A stretch of 54,543 nucleotides of DNA from a bacterium. GTDB taxonomy: Bacteria > JAJRZV01. Where the stretch lies: positions 1 to 54,543 of the forward strand of contig JAJRZV010000017.1 in NCBI GenBank assembly GCA_024275095.1, written 5' to 3'. Positions 1 to 9,831 of the stretch are shown here, one piece after another. The notes beneath the pieces are model-generated. The model worked only from the letters and a program-made list of their open reading frames with translations, made no database searches and had not been told where the DNA came from. The position numbers and the translations under genes are program-made. Positions within the stretch are counted from its first letter, which is position 1; every line of letters begins with the position of its first letter.

Positions 1-66
1 CCTTCGATTTAATGGGGGATTCTCTCCTTCAACCTTCGTGCCAGTAACACATCAAAAGTAAAAAAT

Positions 67-780
67 TCAGCGTCGATAGCCGGCTTTTTCAAGAGGGGAC
101 GTCTTACGTGGAACAGGAACGCGCCTGAAAAAGCGCCTGGCCTCACTGAAGGCATCTTCAGGAGAAAGGCCTGAACGTACTCCTAACACCGTTAGTTCAC
201 TCATGAGGGTAAAATGAAAGTGAGAAAGATTTTCTGGAGACATGGAACGCACCATTTGAAGAGCTCTTGAGGGTTCTATTCCGCGACTGGAGAACACCGT
301 CGCCGTCTTGACCAGATCCACTACCGAAAGCACTTCCAGCCTCCGGGCCCGGCCGAAATGGGAACAGAACACCTCAAACATTTCCCGGCTCATACCCGCG
401 TGAAGTCCCCCCATCACAAACGTGAGGGCAATTTGCTGGTGAGAACGACTTGTTGAGCGAAAACAACGGCTCAATGCCTGTACAGCCCAGTCAGCACTTT
501 CCGCCATTCGCTTTAAGGTTTTCAGAATCACTGAATGATTTTTACGCTTGAACGCTCCTTCGAGGAGTTTCATTTCCATCAGCCGCAACACCACAGGATG
601 AGATACATTTTCCACAATACGGCTCAACTCCGCACGTTCGGGAAGGGAGAAGTCAAGCATCCGTGCATGTGTATGAATGCGCTGGCGTACCAATGTTGCC
701 TGAGGATTGTCTTCCTCTGCTATTGAAATGGACGGCACGAGAAAGAAAAGAAATGCCAAAAATCCAACAGACCACCTCAT
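67..780 (-). CDS. Hypothetical exported protein, third gene of the ECF sigma operon
   Basis: 237-aa ORF with a signal-peptide-like N-terminus (MRWSVGFLAFLFFLVPSISIA) and an ATGA overlap with the anti-sigma stop at 777-780. Confidence 0.75.
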   Translation of the reverse strand: MRWSVGFLAFLFFLVPSISIAEEDNPQATLVRQRIHTHARMLDFSLPERAELSRIVENVSHPVVLRLMEMKLLEGAFKRKNHSVILKTLKRMAESADWAVQALSRCFRSTSRSHQQIALTFVMGGLHAGMSREMFEVFCSHFGRARRLEVLSVVDLVKTATVFSSRGIEPSRALQMVRSMSPENLSHFHFTLMSELTVLGVRSGLSPEDAFSEARRFFRRVPVPRKTSPLEKAGYRR

Positions 781-1430
781 CGGTTCACCACCACCATCAC
801 AGCATCTGTGCCGCCAAAACCATCAGGAAGAAAATTATCTGCATTCATATCGGGTATAAGAATTTTCCCATCCACGAGAAACTGATAACTAAACGCACCC
901 TCAGGAATGGTAACCTCTGCATACCAGTCTCCTTCACCCGTGGTATCCACCATGGGGTTGGCATTCGGATTCCATGCGTTGAAATCACCCACCACACTCA
1001 CGCTTCTTGCACCAGGAAGCTTGATACGAAAGGTTTTCAGGGCAACTCCTTTCTCTTGTGTATCTGAAACAGCCACGGGGCTCCTTTCAACATGGCCACC
1101 GTTTTTCAAATAGACCGCAACAAATGTGAACACGAGCAAAGCAATTGCAGCGATAGAGCCACCAACAACGAAAATCCTGGAACGCCTGCTGCGTTCTCGT
1201 CTTCTTAACGGTCCTGCGTTAAACACGTACGCATCGAGTTCTGGAGGTCTCTTCTTCAGTCTGCACAGGGGAAGAAAAGCGTCAAGCCTCTCCAGCCTTT
1301 CCATCAATTCCTGAAGTTCACGGTCTGAAGAGAGAAGCTTTTCAAAACGCTTCCTCTCCAGCGGTCGCATCTCTCCATCGAGATACCTTCTGAGCAGCTC
1401 GAGCTTGCGTTTGCGACCAAATAACATCAC
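777..1430 (-). CDS. Anti-sigma factor with one TM helix and a C-terminal CBM48/AMPK1-type glycogen-binding domain
   Basis: N-terminal LRRYLDGEM anti-sigma-like segment, TM helix (IFVVGGSIAAIALLVFTFVAVYL), then CBM48-type motifs VSVVGDFNAWN, YQFLVDG and DGFGG. Overlaps the sigma stop codon. Confidence 0.85.
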   Translation of the reverse strand: MMLFGRKRKLELLRRYLDGEMRPLERKRFEKLLSSDRELQELMERLERLDAFLPLCRLKKRPPELDAYVFNAGPLRRRERSRRSRIFVVGGSIAAIALLVFTFVAVYLKNGGHVERSPVAVSDTQEKGVALKTFRIKLPGARSVSVVGDFNAWNPNANPMVDTTGEGDWYAEVTIPEGAFSYQFLVDGKILIPDMNADNFLPDGFGGTDAVMVVVNR

Positions 1431-1978
1431 AGCATCCCCTCCAGCATTTCGAGGAGCTTCATCCTCGCACGAAACACTCTTACCTTGAGGGTTTTTGTGT
1501 TCACACCGGTGAGCCTGGCAATTTCATCGTAATCCATGCCGAGTACAGCGTACATAATAAGGGGCTCGCGAAGCTTGGGGGAAAGACGGTCTATTGCTTC
1601 GGACACTTTCTCCAGAACCTCTGCATCCACAATGCGCCTGTGAGGATTGGACCATGGAGTATCTTTTATCGCATCATTTTCTATCACTATGAGGGGATGT
1701 CTGGATCTCACGCGCACCTTCTTCCAGTGATCTATAACCAGATGTCTTGCTATAGCGTACAACCACACCTGAAAATTACTTCCGTTAAAAGTGTTAATCT
1801 TGGCAAGAGCCCTGCAAAAAGTCTCCTGGAAAAAGTCCTCTGCAAGGTCATAATCTCTGACCATGTTCAGAAGATACCCGAAAAGAGAGCTCCGGTAACG
1901 CTGGTACAATTCTTCAAAACACTGCACATCCCCCTCTTTGACCCTCAGGGCCAGGATCTCGTCCGGTACCTGCTTCAA
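1427..1978 (-). CDS. ECF RNA polymerase sigma-70 factor
   Basis: Region 2 (AEDFFQETF, WLYAIARH) and region 4 (YDEIARLTG, KVRVFRAR). The ORF track starts at 2017, but TTG at 1978 has an SD (GGAGAG) and an upstream TATAAT (2001-2006), so it is the likelier start. Confidence 0.93.
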   Translation of the reverse strand: MKQVPDEILALRVKEGDVQCFEELYQRYRSSLFGYLLNMVRDYDLAEDFFQETFCRALAKINTFNGSNFQVWLYAIARHLVIDHWKKVRVRSRHPLIVIENDAIKDTPWSNPHRRIVDAEVLEKVSEAIDRLSPKLREPLIMYAVLGMDYDEIARLTGVNTKTLKVRVFRARMKLLEMLEGML

Positions 1979-2108
1979 TGCTGACTCTCCATGCACGTTT
2001 ATTATATACGAAAACACGCACCATTAATTACCGCTTTTTTGAAACCATGGGAGAAGCCAGACGTAAAATCAAGATAAAGACAAAGGTACCCCGCTCCCCC
2101 TCCATCAT

Positions 2109-2143
2109 AGCAGGCGGCAATTTAAATCGACCGCCTGCTTTTT
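2109..2143. terminator. GC-rich hairpin, probable intrinsic terminator between the SPFH operon and the ECF sigma gene
   Basis: Perfect 9-bp inverted repeat AGCAGGCGG (2109-2117) / CCGCCTGCT (2131-2139), just after the stop at 2145. The T-tract lies on the + strand, so the direction is uncertain. Confidence 0.5.
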
Positions 2144-2144
2144 A

Positions 2145-2414
2145 CTATTCCTGAGAAGAGCTTTCGACTTTACCAGAAGTCAGAGCATTGTAGATAGAAG
2201 TAAACAAAGCTCCACCGATGGCTCCGTAGATAAAACCGTACACAAAAGCGATACAAATTCCTATGCCGCTCACTGAATAGCCTGGAAACACCACCGTAAG
2301 AGCTCCCAGCGTGGCTCCGCCTCCACGCGCAAGTGAAAAAATTGTTGCAACCGCCACAGCAATTGCACACACAATACCTGCCGCGATACTTCCTGCTTTT
2401 ACGTCAAGTTTCAA
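2145..2414 (-). CDS. Small Gly/Ala-rich membrane protein
   Basis: 89 aa with 2-3 hydrophobic helices and a PGYSVS loop. TTG start with SD (GGGGGT), directly after the SPFH gene. Confidence 0.8.
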   Translation of the reverse strand: MKLDVKAGSIAAGIVCAIAVAVATIFSLARGGGATLGALTVVFPGYSVSGIGICIAFVYGFIYGAIGGALFTSIYNALTSGKVESSSQE

Positions 2415-2430
2415 GATATCACCCCCTTTT

Positions 2431-3237
2431 TTATTTTTTATTTAGGGGAATAATAGGAAGCATATCCTGTCCAAAGGGTAAAATAATGACTGTATTGTTG
2501 GGCGAGTTCACAAGTTTCTCAAGAGTATCAATGTATTTCCATTGAAGATACTTTTGAGATAGTGACCCAGCAATAATGCGGTTGGCATCCGCAATGCCCC
2601 GGGCCTCGAGTTTCTTTCTATCCGCTTCCTGCTTCTCTTTTTTGAGAACAAACTCCATGCGCTCGGCTTCCTGCTGTGCCTGGATCTTCATTTCAATGGC
2701 CTGCACGACTTTTTGTGGAATTTCAATGTTTCTCACAAGCACTTCTTCCACATAAATATGCTGGGCACCAAGCTTGTCTTTGATCATTTTCTGAAGTTCA
2801 TCACCGAAAATCGTTCTTTTCTGATACAGGTCCGAGGCAGTGTACTCTGAAGCCACGTCTCTGGCGGCGGAACGAAGCGTGGGGGTAATAAGGCGATCAT
2901 CCCAGGAAGGACTGTAACGAACAATGGTTTCAGCGGCATATTGTGGGTCGAGTCTGTAAAGAATTGTCACATCTATTTTTACATTGAGCCCGTCTTTCGT
3001 AAGGGTTGAAATGGAATTCACACCCACAAAGTCCAGCTTTTTCACCCTCACGTCCACGGCACGTATGATCTCTACTCCGGGAATAAAGAAATGCAATCCG
3101 GCCTGCAGCTCTTCTGGCTGAACCTTACGAAACCGGCTCTTTACCCCGACAAAACCCGACTCTATAGTTGTACATGAAGCGAACCCCGCAACAATCAAAA
3201 AAGAAAGCACTCCGTATTTAATGGCTCGTGTGATCAC
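2431..3237 (-). CDS. SPFH/band-7 (prohibitin-like) membrane protein
   Basis: GLHFFIPG, TKDGLNVKIDVTILYR, AIEMKIQAQQEAER coiled coil, EARGIADAN; N-terminal membrane anchor. Confidence 0.93.
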   Translation of the reverse strand: MITRAIKYGVLSFLIVAGFASCTTIESGFVGVKSRFRKVQPEELQAGLHFFIPGVEIIRAVDVRVKKLDFVGVNSISTLTKDGLNVKIDVTILYRLDPQYAAETIVRYSPSWDDRLITPTLRSAARDVASEYTASDLYQKRTIFGDELQKMIKDKLGAQHIYVEEVLVRNIEIPQKVVQAIEMKIQAQQEAERMEFVLKKEKQEADRKKLEARGIADANRIIAGSLSQKYLQWKYIDTLEKLVNSPNNTVIILPFGQDMLPIIPLNKK

Positions 3238-3244
3238 AGCTGGA

Positions 3245-4249
3245 TCATTCCTCCTCCTCAGGAGGTTCCAGTTTTACCACAGCGCCCTTTAAAGCCTTTC
3301 CGGAAAGGAGTCTTGCCTTGGCGTATTTATTGTCACCGTAAAATTTCACAACCTTCGCTTTTCCAATGTACTCTTCCTCGTATCCGATAATTTCACCCGT
3401 GTCAGGATCTTCAATGGGTTCTCCTTTGGCGTAGATATAAAGAACATCTCCCTTTTGCAGACCTTCATTCTCTCCAGCATTGAGATAAAGATAGATTTTC
3501 CCTGTGTTCTTCGAGCGTCTCACAGAAGCAACAGATGCTTTCCAAGGCAGCTCCCCCAGTTTCCGCACAAGCCTGTCAACCAGGTTACTGATGGCTGCTC
3601 TCAGGGCTTTGCCGGCAAGCGCGAGGTCAAAAGTCTGGGCACTTCCCACCCCCAGGAAAGAACCGCTGGAGGTCTGGGCCGTTCCAACTCCCCGGTCTGC
3701 AAAAAGGATCTTTCCTGTTTCCACATCTACCACCCGTATGTCCACCTCCGCTTCAGCCACCTGAGATTTGGATTGTGCAAGACCCAGAAAACTTCCGCCC
3801 TTGAGCTTTACGCCAAAATTTGTAACAGCTCCGGTGATAATGGCGTTTACACCCAGAAGACGCCCGATGCGGGCGGCTGTCCGGGGATTCACAAGGTCAG
3901 ACAACCCAAGCCTTTGCTCTTTAAGCAGTGCATTGAGTTTGTCACGCTCAATCACGGTAAATTTGCCTGATTTAACCAGCTCCGTAATAAGAATATCTGT
4001 CGCGTCAGATGCAAGCTGAAGTCGCCCCAGCTTTGATTTCATCTCGAAGTCCACCACCGCCACTCTTTTCTTCAACGCCCTGACTTTTGCACCTTTACCG
4101 GGAGCCGCTTCTTCCTCGCTGACCGCCTTCATTTTCTCCTTCGCTCCTTTTTCTACTGTCGTGGTGACTGCTGTACCGCAGGCACTGATAAAAATAACAC
4201 CTGCAACGGCAAAGAATATCCGGTAGACTTTTGGAGCCATAGCCCTCAT
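3245..4249 (-). CDS. CsgG/HfaB-family lipoprotein with a C-terminal FlgT_C-like beta domain
   Basis: Lipobox ISAC; RVAVVDF, FTVIERDKLNALLKEQ, IITGAVTNF, VDIRVVDVETG; C-terminal LNAGENEGLQKGD...DPDTGEIIG. Strong SD (AAGGAGG). Confidence 0.88.
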   Translation of the reverse strand: MRAMAPKVYRIFFAVAGVIFISACGTAVTTTVEKGAKEKMKAVSEEEAAPGKGAKVRALKKRVAVVDFEMKSKLGRLQLASDATDILITELVKSGKFTVIERDKLNALLKEQRLGLSDLVNPRTAARIGRLLGVNAIITGAVTNFGVKLKGGSFLGLAQSKSQVAEAEVDIRVVDVETGKILFADRGVGTAQTSSGSFLGVGSAQTFDLALAGKALRAAISNLVDRLVRKLGELPWKASVASVRRSKNTGKIYLYLNAGENEGLQKGDVLYIYAKGEPIEDPDTGEIIGYEEEYIGKAKVVKFYGDNKYAKARLLSGKALKGAVVKLEPPEEEE

Positions 4250-4292
4250 CGTACCCCCTCCTTAAACTGGAATTTTCTCATGCCTCATAACC

Positions 4293-4922
4293 TCAATACG
4301 GAATGGTGCTTACCATAGTATTTATGATCTGAACGCAGTACTTGTAAAGAGGATGGCCGGTGATGGCCTGAGACACGGCGCTTTCGGCAATCTCGGCTGC
4401 CGCAGCTTTTAACATGTCAGCTGGCTTAAGTGCAATGGTCGTCTCTCCTGCCTCCCGTTCATCTTCCCAGAGTTTATCACCTGTACGGGCGTCGATAAGA
4501 TATACCGTGGCCTTTACAGCCTTTCGATTGTATATGCCAGTCACAACCGTTTGAGCTTTTTCCACAAGCCCCATGAAAATTCCGTCCACCTTGAGTGCTT
4601 TAGCAAGCCGTTCAAGTTCCACAAGTTTCAGCTGTTCTCCAAGGGTAATTTCAAACTCCTCTCTCAAAATCCTGTTTGTCTCTTCTATTGGCTGGACCAC
4701 AAATCCACGAGAAGGCAATCGCTGGGCCAGGAGTCTTCGAAGAATATTCGGGATTTGAATGTCATTTGTGAGATTTTCAAATGGTGCGATGGCCACAAAA
4801 TGAGGTTTTCTTGCTTCAAAATCCGGAACAATAAACTTGGGTTTCAAGCACGCTGCCAGAAAAGGCAACACACCTATTACAACCAACCACTTTATCCCGT
4901 GTCTCCTTTTCATCTCTTTCAC
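4293..4922 (-). CDS. DUF799/GNA1162-like lipoprotein
   Basis: Lipobox LAAC; VAIAPFEN, RGFVVQPIEETNRIL, LIDARTGDKLW. This family often sits next to CsgG genes. Confidence 0.75.
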   Translation of the reverse strand: MKEMKRRHGIKWLVVIGVLPFLAACLKPKFIVPDFEARKPHFVAIAPFENLTNDIQIPNILRRLLAQRLPSRGFVVQPIEETNRILREEFEITLGEQLKLVELERLAKALKVDGIFMGLVEKAQTVVTGIYNRKAVKATVYLIDARTGDKLWEDEREAGETTIALKPADMLKAAAAEIAESAVSQAITGHPLYKYCVQIINTMVSTIPY

Positions 4923-5005
4923 CCCCGACCGGCTCTTCTGGAAAATATACCCAATTAAACCGCGGTTTCAAAGAAAAAATACTATTTCAATATATTAAGC
5001 GACTG

Positions 5006-5824
5006 TTACCCGGAGGCAACCAGCGATTCTAAATTTCCCAACGGAATCTTCTCCACATGAGACAACTTTTTCCCAAGAAACAAACATCCCAAATCAGCAA
5101 ATCTCCGAGGGTCATCGGTGACGTAAAACCGTAGTTCTCGCGAATTTTTACCAGAACCAGCTTCTATAAACTCGTGCAGTTCTTCAGCTACTGCTTCCCC
5201 TGAATCAATGAGAAGCACTGAAGACCCCAGAAATTGCGATATGGTTTTTTTTAAAAGAGGATAATGGGTGCAACCCAGCACAAGCGCCTTTATCTTGTCT
5301 TTCAAAGATTTCAGGTAAAACTCCACGGTAGAGTAAGTAATCAAATGATCCACAAGGCCCTCCTCGGCCAGGGGTACGAACAAAGGGCAGGCCTGTTGGA
5401 TCACCTCCATGTGGGGAGCGAAGGATTTGATTTTTTCAGGATAACTGCCACTTTCCACTGTAGCACGTGTGCCAATAATCCCCACGGGACCCTCTTTCTC
5501 CTTCTTGAGAAGACTTCTGACACCGGGCTCTATCACCCCCATCACCGGCACTTTGAGCCGGTCGCGAAGATAGGTAATGGCAGCAGCAGAAGCCGAGTTG
5601 CATGCAACCACGATAAATCGGGCACCTTCCTGTTCGAGAAAACGGCAACCTTCCAGTGCAAAACGCCTGATCACTTCCGGGGATCGAATTCCGTAGGGCA
5701 CACGTGCTGTGTCACCGAAATAAAAAAAATCTACCCCGGGAAATGCTCTTAACAATTCCCGCAGCACCGTGAGCCCACCCACGCCGGAATCAAATACGCC
5801 TATGGGACCGGTATTAACCTTCAT
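5006..5824 (-). CDS. murI: Glutamate racemase
   Basis: IGVFDSGVGGLTV, DTARVPYG, ACNSAS, LGCTHYP. Confidence 0.97.
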   Translation of the reverse strand: MKVNTGPIGVFDSGVGGLTVLRELLRAFPGVDFFYFGDTARVPYGIRSPEVIRRFALEGCRFLEQEGARFIVVACNSASAAAITYLRDRLKVPVMGVIEPGVRSLLKKEKEGPVGIIGTRATVESGSYPEKIKSFAPHMEVIQQACPLFVPLAEEGLVDHLITYSTVEFYLKSLKDKIKALVLGCTHYPLLKKTISQFLGSSVLLIDSGEAVAEELHEFIEAGSGKNSRELRFYVTDDPRRFADLGCLFLGKKLSHVEKIPLGNLESLVASG

Positions 5825-5851
5825 AACCGTGAATCATACCTTCATTTGAAC

Positions 5852-6934
5852 TTATCTTAAAGCCGCTCCAAAAGCTTCCTCAAATACACGGGCATTATCT
5901 GCCGGGGTAACGGCACATGACTTCTTTTGTGCATTGCGGGCCATTTCTTCAAGATTGGAAGCGAGAGCCTCAACGAGAACTTCGCTAAGACGGGATGCAC
6001 TCTCATTCTGAAAGGTCCACCCTGTAACCTTTTCTTCTATCAAATCATCCACACATCCGCACACATCGCTCACAACACAGGGAACTCCGGCAGCCATGGC
6101 TTCGTTAACCACCAGCCCCCATGGCTCCCGCCTGGAAGGCAGCACAAAAAGCTTGCTGATACTGAAGATTCGCGGGAGGGCCCTGCGGGGAACCGTGCCT
6201 GTAAAAAAGATTCTGCGACCGAGAAAACCACCGGCAAGTCTTTCCAGAGAAGCCCGCTCTGGTCCATCACCACAAATGAGCAAACCGGCTTCTTCGTGCA
6301 TTGGAGCAATTTCCAAAAAAGCCCTGATAAGCACATCCACGCCTTTCACCTGAACAAGCCTGCCTGCATACGTGATGTATTGAAGCGGAGGAAGAGAAAA
6401 AGTGGTATAAATCTCTTTTTTCCTTTCTCGCACTCGCTCTGCTTCCGAACGGAAATATTCCACGTCCACAGTATAGCGGGCTCTTATCATTCTGCTGCGC
6501 GGAACACCGTAGTATTCCCAGTAAGCCTCATTGCGCGCACCGATGGTAAGAAAAATTTTTATGCGGGATGCAAGTCGAGACAGCACCATTCTTTTGAGCA
6601 TGCGATGATACAAAGGTTTTAATAGTTCATCAGATATGTTGGAGTCCGACCGCATGAGAAGGGGGACGTTGTTTCTCAAGGCCCACCACAGGGCCTGTTG
6701 AGCATTTCTGTAAGAATATCCATATACAAGTACAACATCAGGGCTAAATGCTTGTAATGATAAAGAAACAGAGCGTGTAAACTCGTGGGGATACGCATCA
6801 GTGTCAGACATGTCCCATCCGCGGTTCTGTCTAACTGTCTGAAAAAACACCTTCAGTTTTACCTTTCCCGCCAGACAGGAGAACAAAGAATCGCGATATG
6901 GTGCAGGCACAATGGTAACAACGGCCGCTTTCAT
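5852..6934 (-). CDS. Glycosyltransferase family 4 (GT-B)
   Basis: GRLVQVKG and the LPSRREPWGLVVNEAMAAGVP EX7E motif. ATGA overlap with the upstream gene. Confidence 0.92.
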   Translation of the reverse strand: MKAAVVTIVPAPYRDSLFSCLAGKVKLKVFFQTVRQNRGWDMSDTDAYPHEFTRSVSLSLQAFSPDVVLVYGYSYRNAQQALWWALRNNVPLLMRSDSNISDELLKPLYHRMLKRMVLSRLASRIKIFLTIGARNEAYWEYYGVPRSRMIRARYTVDVEYFRSEAERVRERKKEIYTTFSLPPLQYITYAGRLVQVKGVDVLIRAFLEIAPMHEEAGLLICGDGPERASLERLAGGFLGRRIFFTGTVPRRALPRIFSISKLFVLPSRREPWGLVVNEAMAAGVPCVVSDVCGCVDDLIEEKVTGWTFQNESASRLSEVLVEALASNLEEMARNAQKKSCAVTPADNARVFEEAFGAALR

Positions 6935-8424
6935 GATTTTTTTCTGGCCTTAATAAATACATATTCACCGGCATTTCCATATGGTAAAAAGCGTGAGAAA
7001 GCAACCATCAAAGGATACAGCAGGAGCAGAGGCCTGAATTTGAGAGAAGCATCAAACATTTGAAAAAGGGATCTCATCACTCTGCCCGGTCCTCGCTGGA
7101 AAGTGTAAATTGTCATACCTTGTGTTTTTAAATGTTCTGCAACTTCTTCGCCCGAAACAGTGTTTCTTCTGAAAAGATCCCTGTCCCTTACGTCTTTTTC
7201 GTGAAAGCGCAAAAGCAATAAACCACCGTCTGTTAGCAAAGCAACCATTCTGTTCAACGCCTCAAAGGGGTCCTGCATATACTGGAGAGTTTCCAGGCAG
7301 ACCACACAGTCAGCAAATCCGTAACCCAAGGCATCCTTTTCAATGTCTTTTTCCTCAAAATGAACGCGGATGTTTTCCAGACGACGTGCCACCTCCCTTG
7401 CCTGGACAACTGCCTCCGGGTTAATCTCTATTCCCATTGCTTTCTTTGCAAAACGCCGTCGAACCACATAAAACGGGAACAATCCCAGACCTGTCCCTAT
7501 ATCCACCAGAACCTCCACCCGGTTTTTCTTCAATTCTTTCAGAGCCCGCTGGAAACGCACCCTGGCAGGAAGATCCACCAGACCTGTCAGGGCAATTAAC
7601 AAACGGGCAACTCCTCTCCAGCGCGGATAAAATGCATATTCAAATCCCAATGGCATTACAGACATCGACAAATCTCTGACTTTTACCATTCCATGGTAAA
7701 CAAACTGGGCAGCCCCGCTCATAAAAAATGCTGTTTCGTTTTTCGACCACTCTGGCTGGAGAGAATCCCGGAAAAGAAATGAACCGGCACCCGGGTTCTG
7801 ATTCCATCCGCGCACAGCGCTGAAACAAAATTTATATCCTGCACTGAACACTTCTTCCACTGCTGCAAAATTGAAATCTCCCAATCGTCCGTATGGAAAT
7901 GCAAATGTTTCCACCGGTTTCCCGGTCATGTCTTCCAGGAGTTTTCTGGAATCTACCAATTCTTTTTTCATCTCGTCTCTGTTAATTGCTGAAAATCTGG
8001 GGTGAGTGAACGAGTGAGAACCAACGAGGTGACCTGCTGCCGCGAGCTCCCTTAGATGATGTGCCTGCATGTAGCCTTTACGGCCCACTCTGTCTGCAAT
8101 GATAAAAAAAATTCCTTTCATCCCGGCTTTCTCAAGGGCAGGCACCCCATGTCGGAGGTGGTCTTCTGTGCCGTCATCAAAAGTTACAAGGAGAGGGATC
8201 CCTTCCTGGTTTCTATGCCACTGAGTGGTTAAAAAGTCTTCCACAGCAAGGGGGAAAAAGCGAAGATCCTTCAGCATACAAAGCTGGTGGTAGAGGCTTT
8301 CCGAGCTAAGAATCGAATGGTACGTGATAACCCGCAAGGGCCTGCGGCGAAGCTGAATCCTGTGCATGAGAGCAGAAAAGCCTGTGACTTTGGCAACGTG
8401 AGAGGCAAACTTATTTTTTCTCAT
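6931..8424 (-). CDS. Polysaccharide deacetylase (NodB/CE4) fused to a class I SAM-dependent methyltransferase
   Basis: TFDDG, GSHSFTHP and FAFPYG in the N-half; VDIGTGLG, GIEIN and LLTDGGLL in the C-half. Start placed at ATG 8424 (MRKNKF) because the ORF extension to 8583 overlaps the upstream gene. Confidence 0.85.
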   Translation of the reverse strand: MRKNKFASHVAKVTGFSALMHRIQLRRRPLRVITYHSILSSESLYHQLCMLKDLRFFPLAVEDFLTTQWHRNQEGIPLLVTFDDGTEDHLRHGVPALEKAGMKGIFFIIADRVGRKGYMQAHHLRELAAAGHLVGSHSFTHPRFSAINRDEMKKELVDSRKLLEDMTGKPVETFAFPYGRLGDFNFAAVEEVFSAGYKFCFSAVRGWNQNPGAGSFLFRDSLQPEWSKNETAFFMSGAAQFVYHGMVKVRDLSMSVMPLGFEYAFYPRWRGVARLLIALTGLVDLPARVRFQRALKELKKNRVEVLVDIGTGLGLFPFYVVRRRFAKKAMGIEINPEAVVQAREVARRLENIRVHFEEKDIEKDALGYGFADCVVCLETLQYMQDPFEALNRMVALLTDGGLLLLRFHEKDVRDRDLFRRNTVSGEEVAEHLKTQGMTIYTFQRGPGRVMRSLFQMFDASLKFRPLLLLYPLMVAFSRFLPYGNAGEYVFIKARKKS

Positions 8425-9826
8425 GAAGTACCCCTTTTTTCTGCACACCCCAGGCAAGGGCTGAGGCCATGACAAGCCAGAAAAGCACGGAAATATAGCC
8501 TCCCACCGATAGAAGCCACGACATGAAAAACGAGTACACCAGAGAGCCGCACAGTATGGCGAGGTAGGCAGCAGAACGATCACGCCGGAGTTCTTCCGTT
8601 TCTCTTTTCACCAGATTCCAGCAATGAAAAAAAAGGCTCCCGAGCATCACCATGAAAATGAACATGCCCACCAATCCAAGGGTCACGAGCACCTCCACGT
8701 AAATATTTTCAAAATACGGCCCCTTAACCTCACTGACGTTGAGCACATTCATGCGCGGTTCGTAATATTTCGCCCAGGTGTAGGGACCGGTGCCGTGGCC
8801 GTGACCAAGAAACGGCCTTTTCAGAAAAAATTTTATACCATAACGCCACAGCTGTATCCGGCTTTCTTCCACTGAGGTAGCAAACGTGACCTCTCCTCCT
8901 TTCTTGGTCAGCAGAGTTTCTGTAACCCGCGATACTCTGGGAGACAGGACAATGCTGGCAACACCAACCGAAAAAGCAAGCATGAGATGCGGCAGGTAGC
9001 GATATGCCCGGCCTGTGGATATCAAAAACACAACCATTGAAACAAACACGCCCAGCATGGCCGAACGCGCACCACTCATGGCAGTGAACAGCAGCGTGAG
9101 AGCAACAACACCCTTGAAAAACGCACCTTTTCTCGTGGCACTTAGGTAAAGTGCGGAAGGCACAGCGAGGTTGCAGATCATGCCAAACTGATTGGGATTG
9201 TAGGAAAGGCCTCGCAAACGCAGCAGGTTCCCCTGCATGAAAATATTCCATTGGCCTGCAAGCTGCATCACCCCACCAATGGCAAGCGAAAGGAACAGAA
9301 CCAAAAGGGGCAGGAAAAACACCCACTCGCCTTCCCTTTCATCTTCAATAAATTCCTGCTTTGCAAACAGGAACACGATCACCCAGAGCATGATGAGGGT
9401 TCCTGCTCTTAAAAGGGTAACCAGCGGCCTGATGGAATAGGAAACACTGATAATGCAGTACATTGAAAACACGAGGAACCACCATTCAGGCGGGCTCAGG
9501 CGGGTATCTTCCCTCCTGAGGAGCCACCTGAATGAGGCATGCAGAAAGAGAAGGGAGAAAAAGAACCAGCGCAAATTGGAGGCGATGGTTTGACTCAGCA
9601 TATGATGAAGGCGGGGATTGTCCACAAAAAACGATGTCACGATAAAACACATGAGCAGAAGCTTCCAGCGGGTAACCGCTCCCAGGGTAATGAAAATTCC
9701 CGCGACAGCAAGGGTAATTTCCTGGGGTGATAACTGCCTGCCTGTTAAAATCACAATTGCGCCTGCAGCAGTCAGGGCACTTACAAGCGCAACAACTGTT
9801 AAATTTGTCTTGCGAATACGTTCCAT
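8411..9826 (-). CDS. O-antigen ligase/polymerase (Wzy_C/WaaL-like) family membrane protein
   Basis: Many TM helices; RLRGLSYNPNQFG, SGARSAMLG, RIQLW, PFLGHGHG, ENIYVEVLVTLGLVG. Confidence 0.88.
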   Translation of the reverse strand: MERIRKTNLTVVALVSALTAAGAIVILTGRQLSPQEITLAVAGIFITLGAVTRWKLLLMCFIVTSFFVDNPRLHHMLSQTIASNLRWFFFSLLFLHASFRWLLRREDTRLSPPEWWFLVFSMYCIISVSYSIRPLVTLLRAGTLIMLWVIVFLFAKQEFIEDEREGEWVFFLPLLVLFLSLAIGGVMQLAGQWNIFMQGNLLRLRGLSYNPNQFGMICNLAVPSALYLSATRKGAFFKGVVALTLLFTAMSGARSAMLGVFVSMVVFLISTGRAYRYLPHLMLAFSVGVASIVLSPRVSRVTETLLTKKGGEVTFATSVEESRIQLWRYGIKFFLKRPFLGHGHGTGPYTWAKYYEPRMNVLNVSEVKGPYFENIYVEVLVTLGLVGMFIFMVMLGSLFFHCWNLVKRETEELRRDRSAAYLAILCGSLVYSFFMSWLLSVGGYISVLFWLVMASALAWGVQKKGVLHEKK

Positions 9827-9831
9827 GCTTT

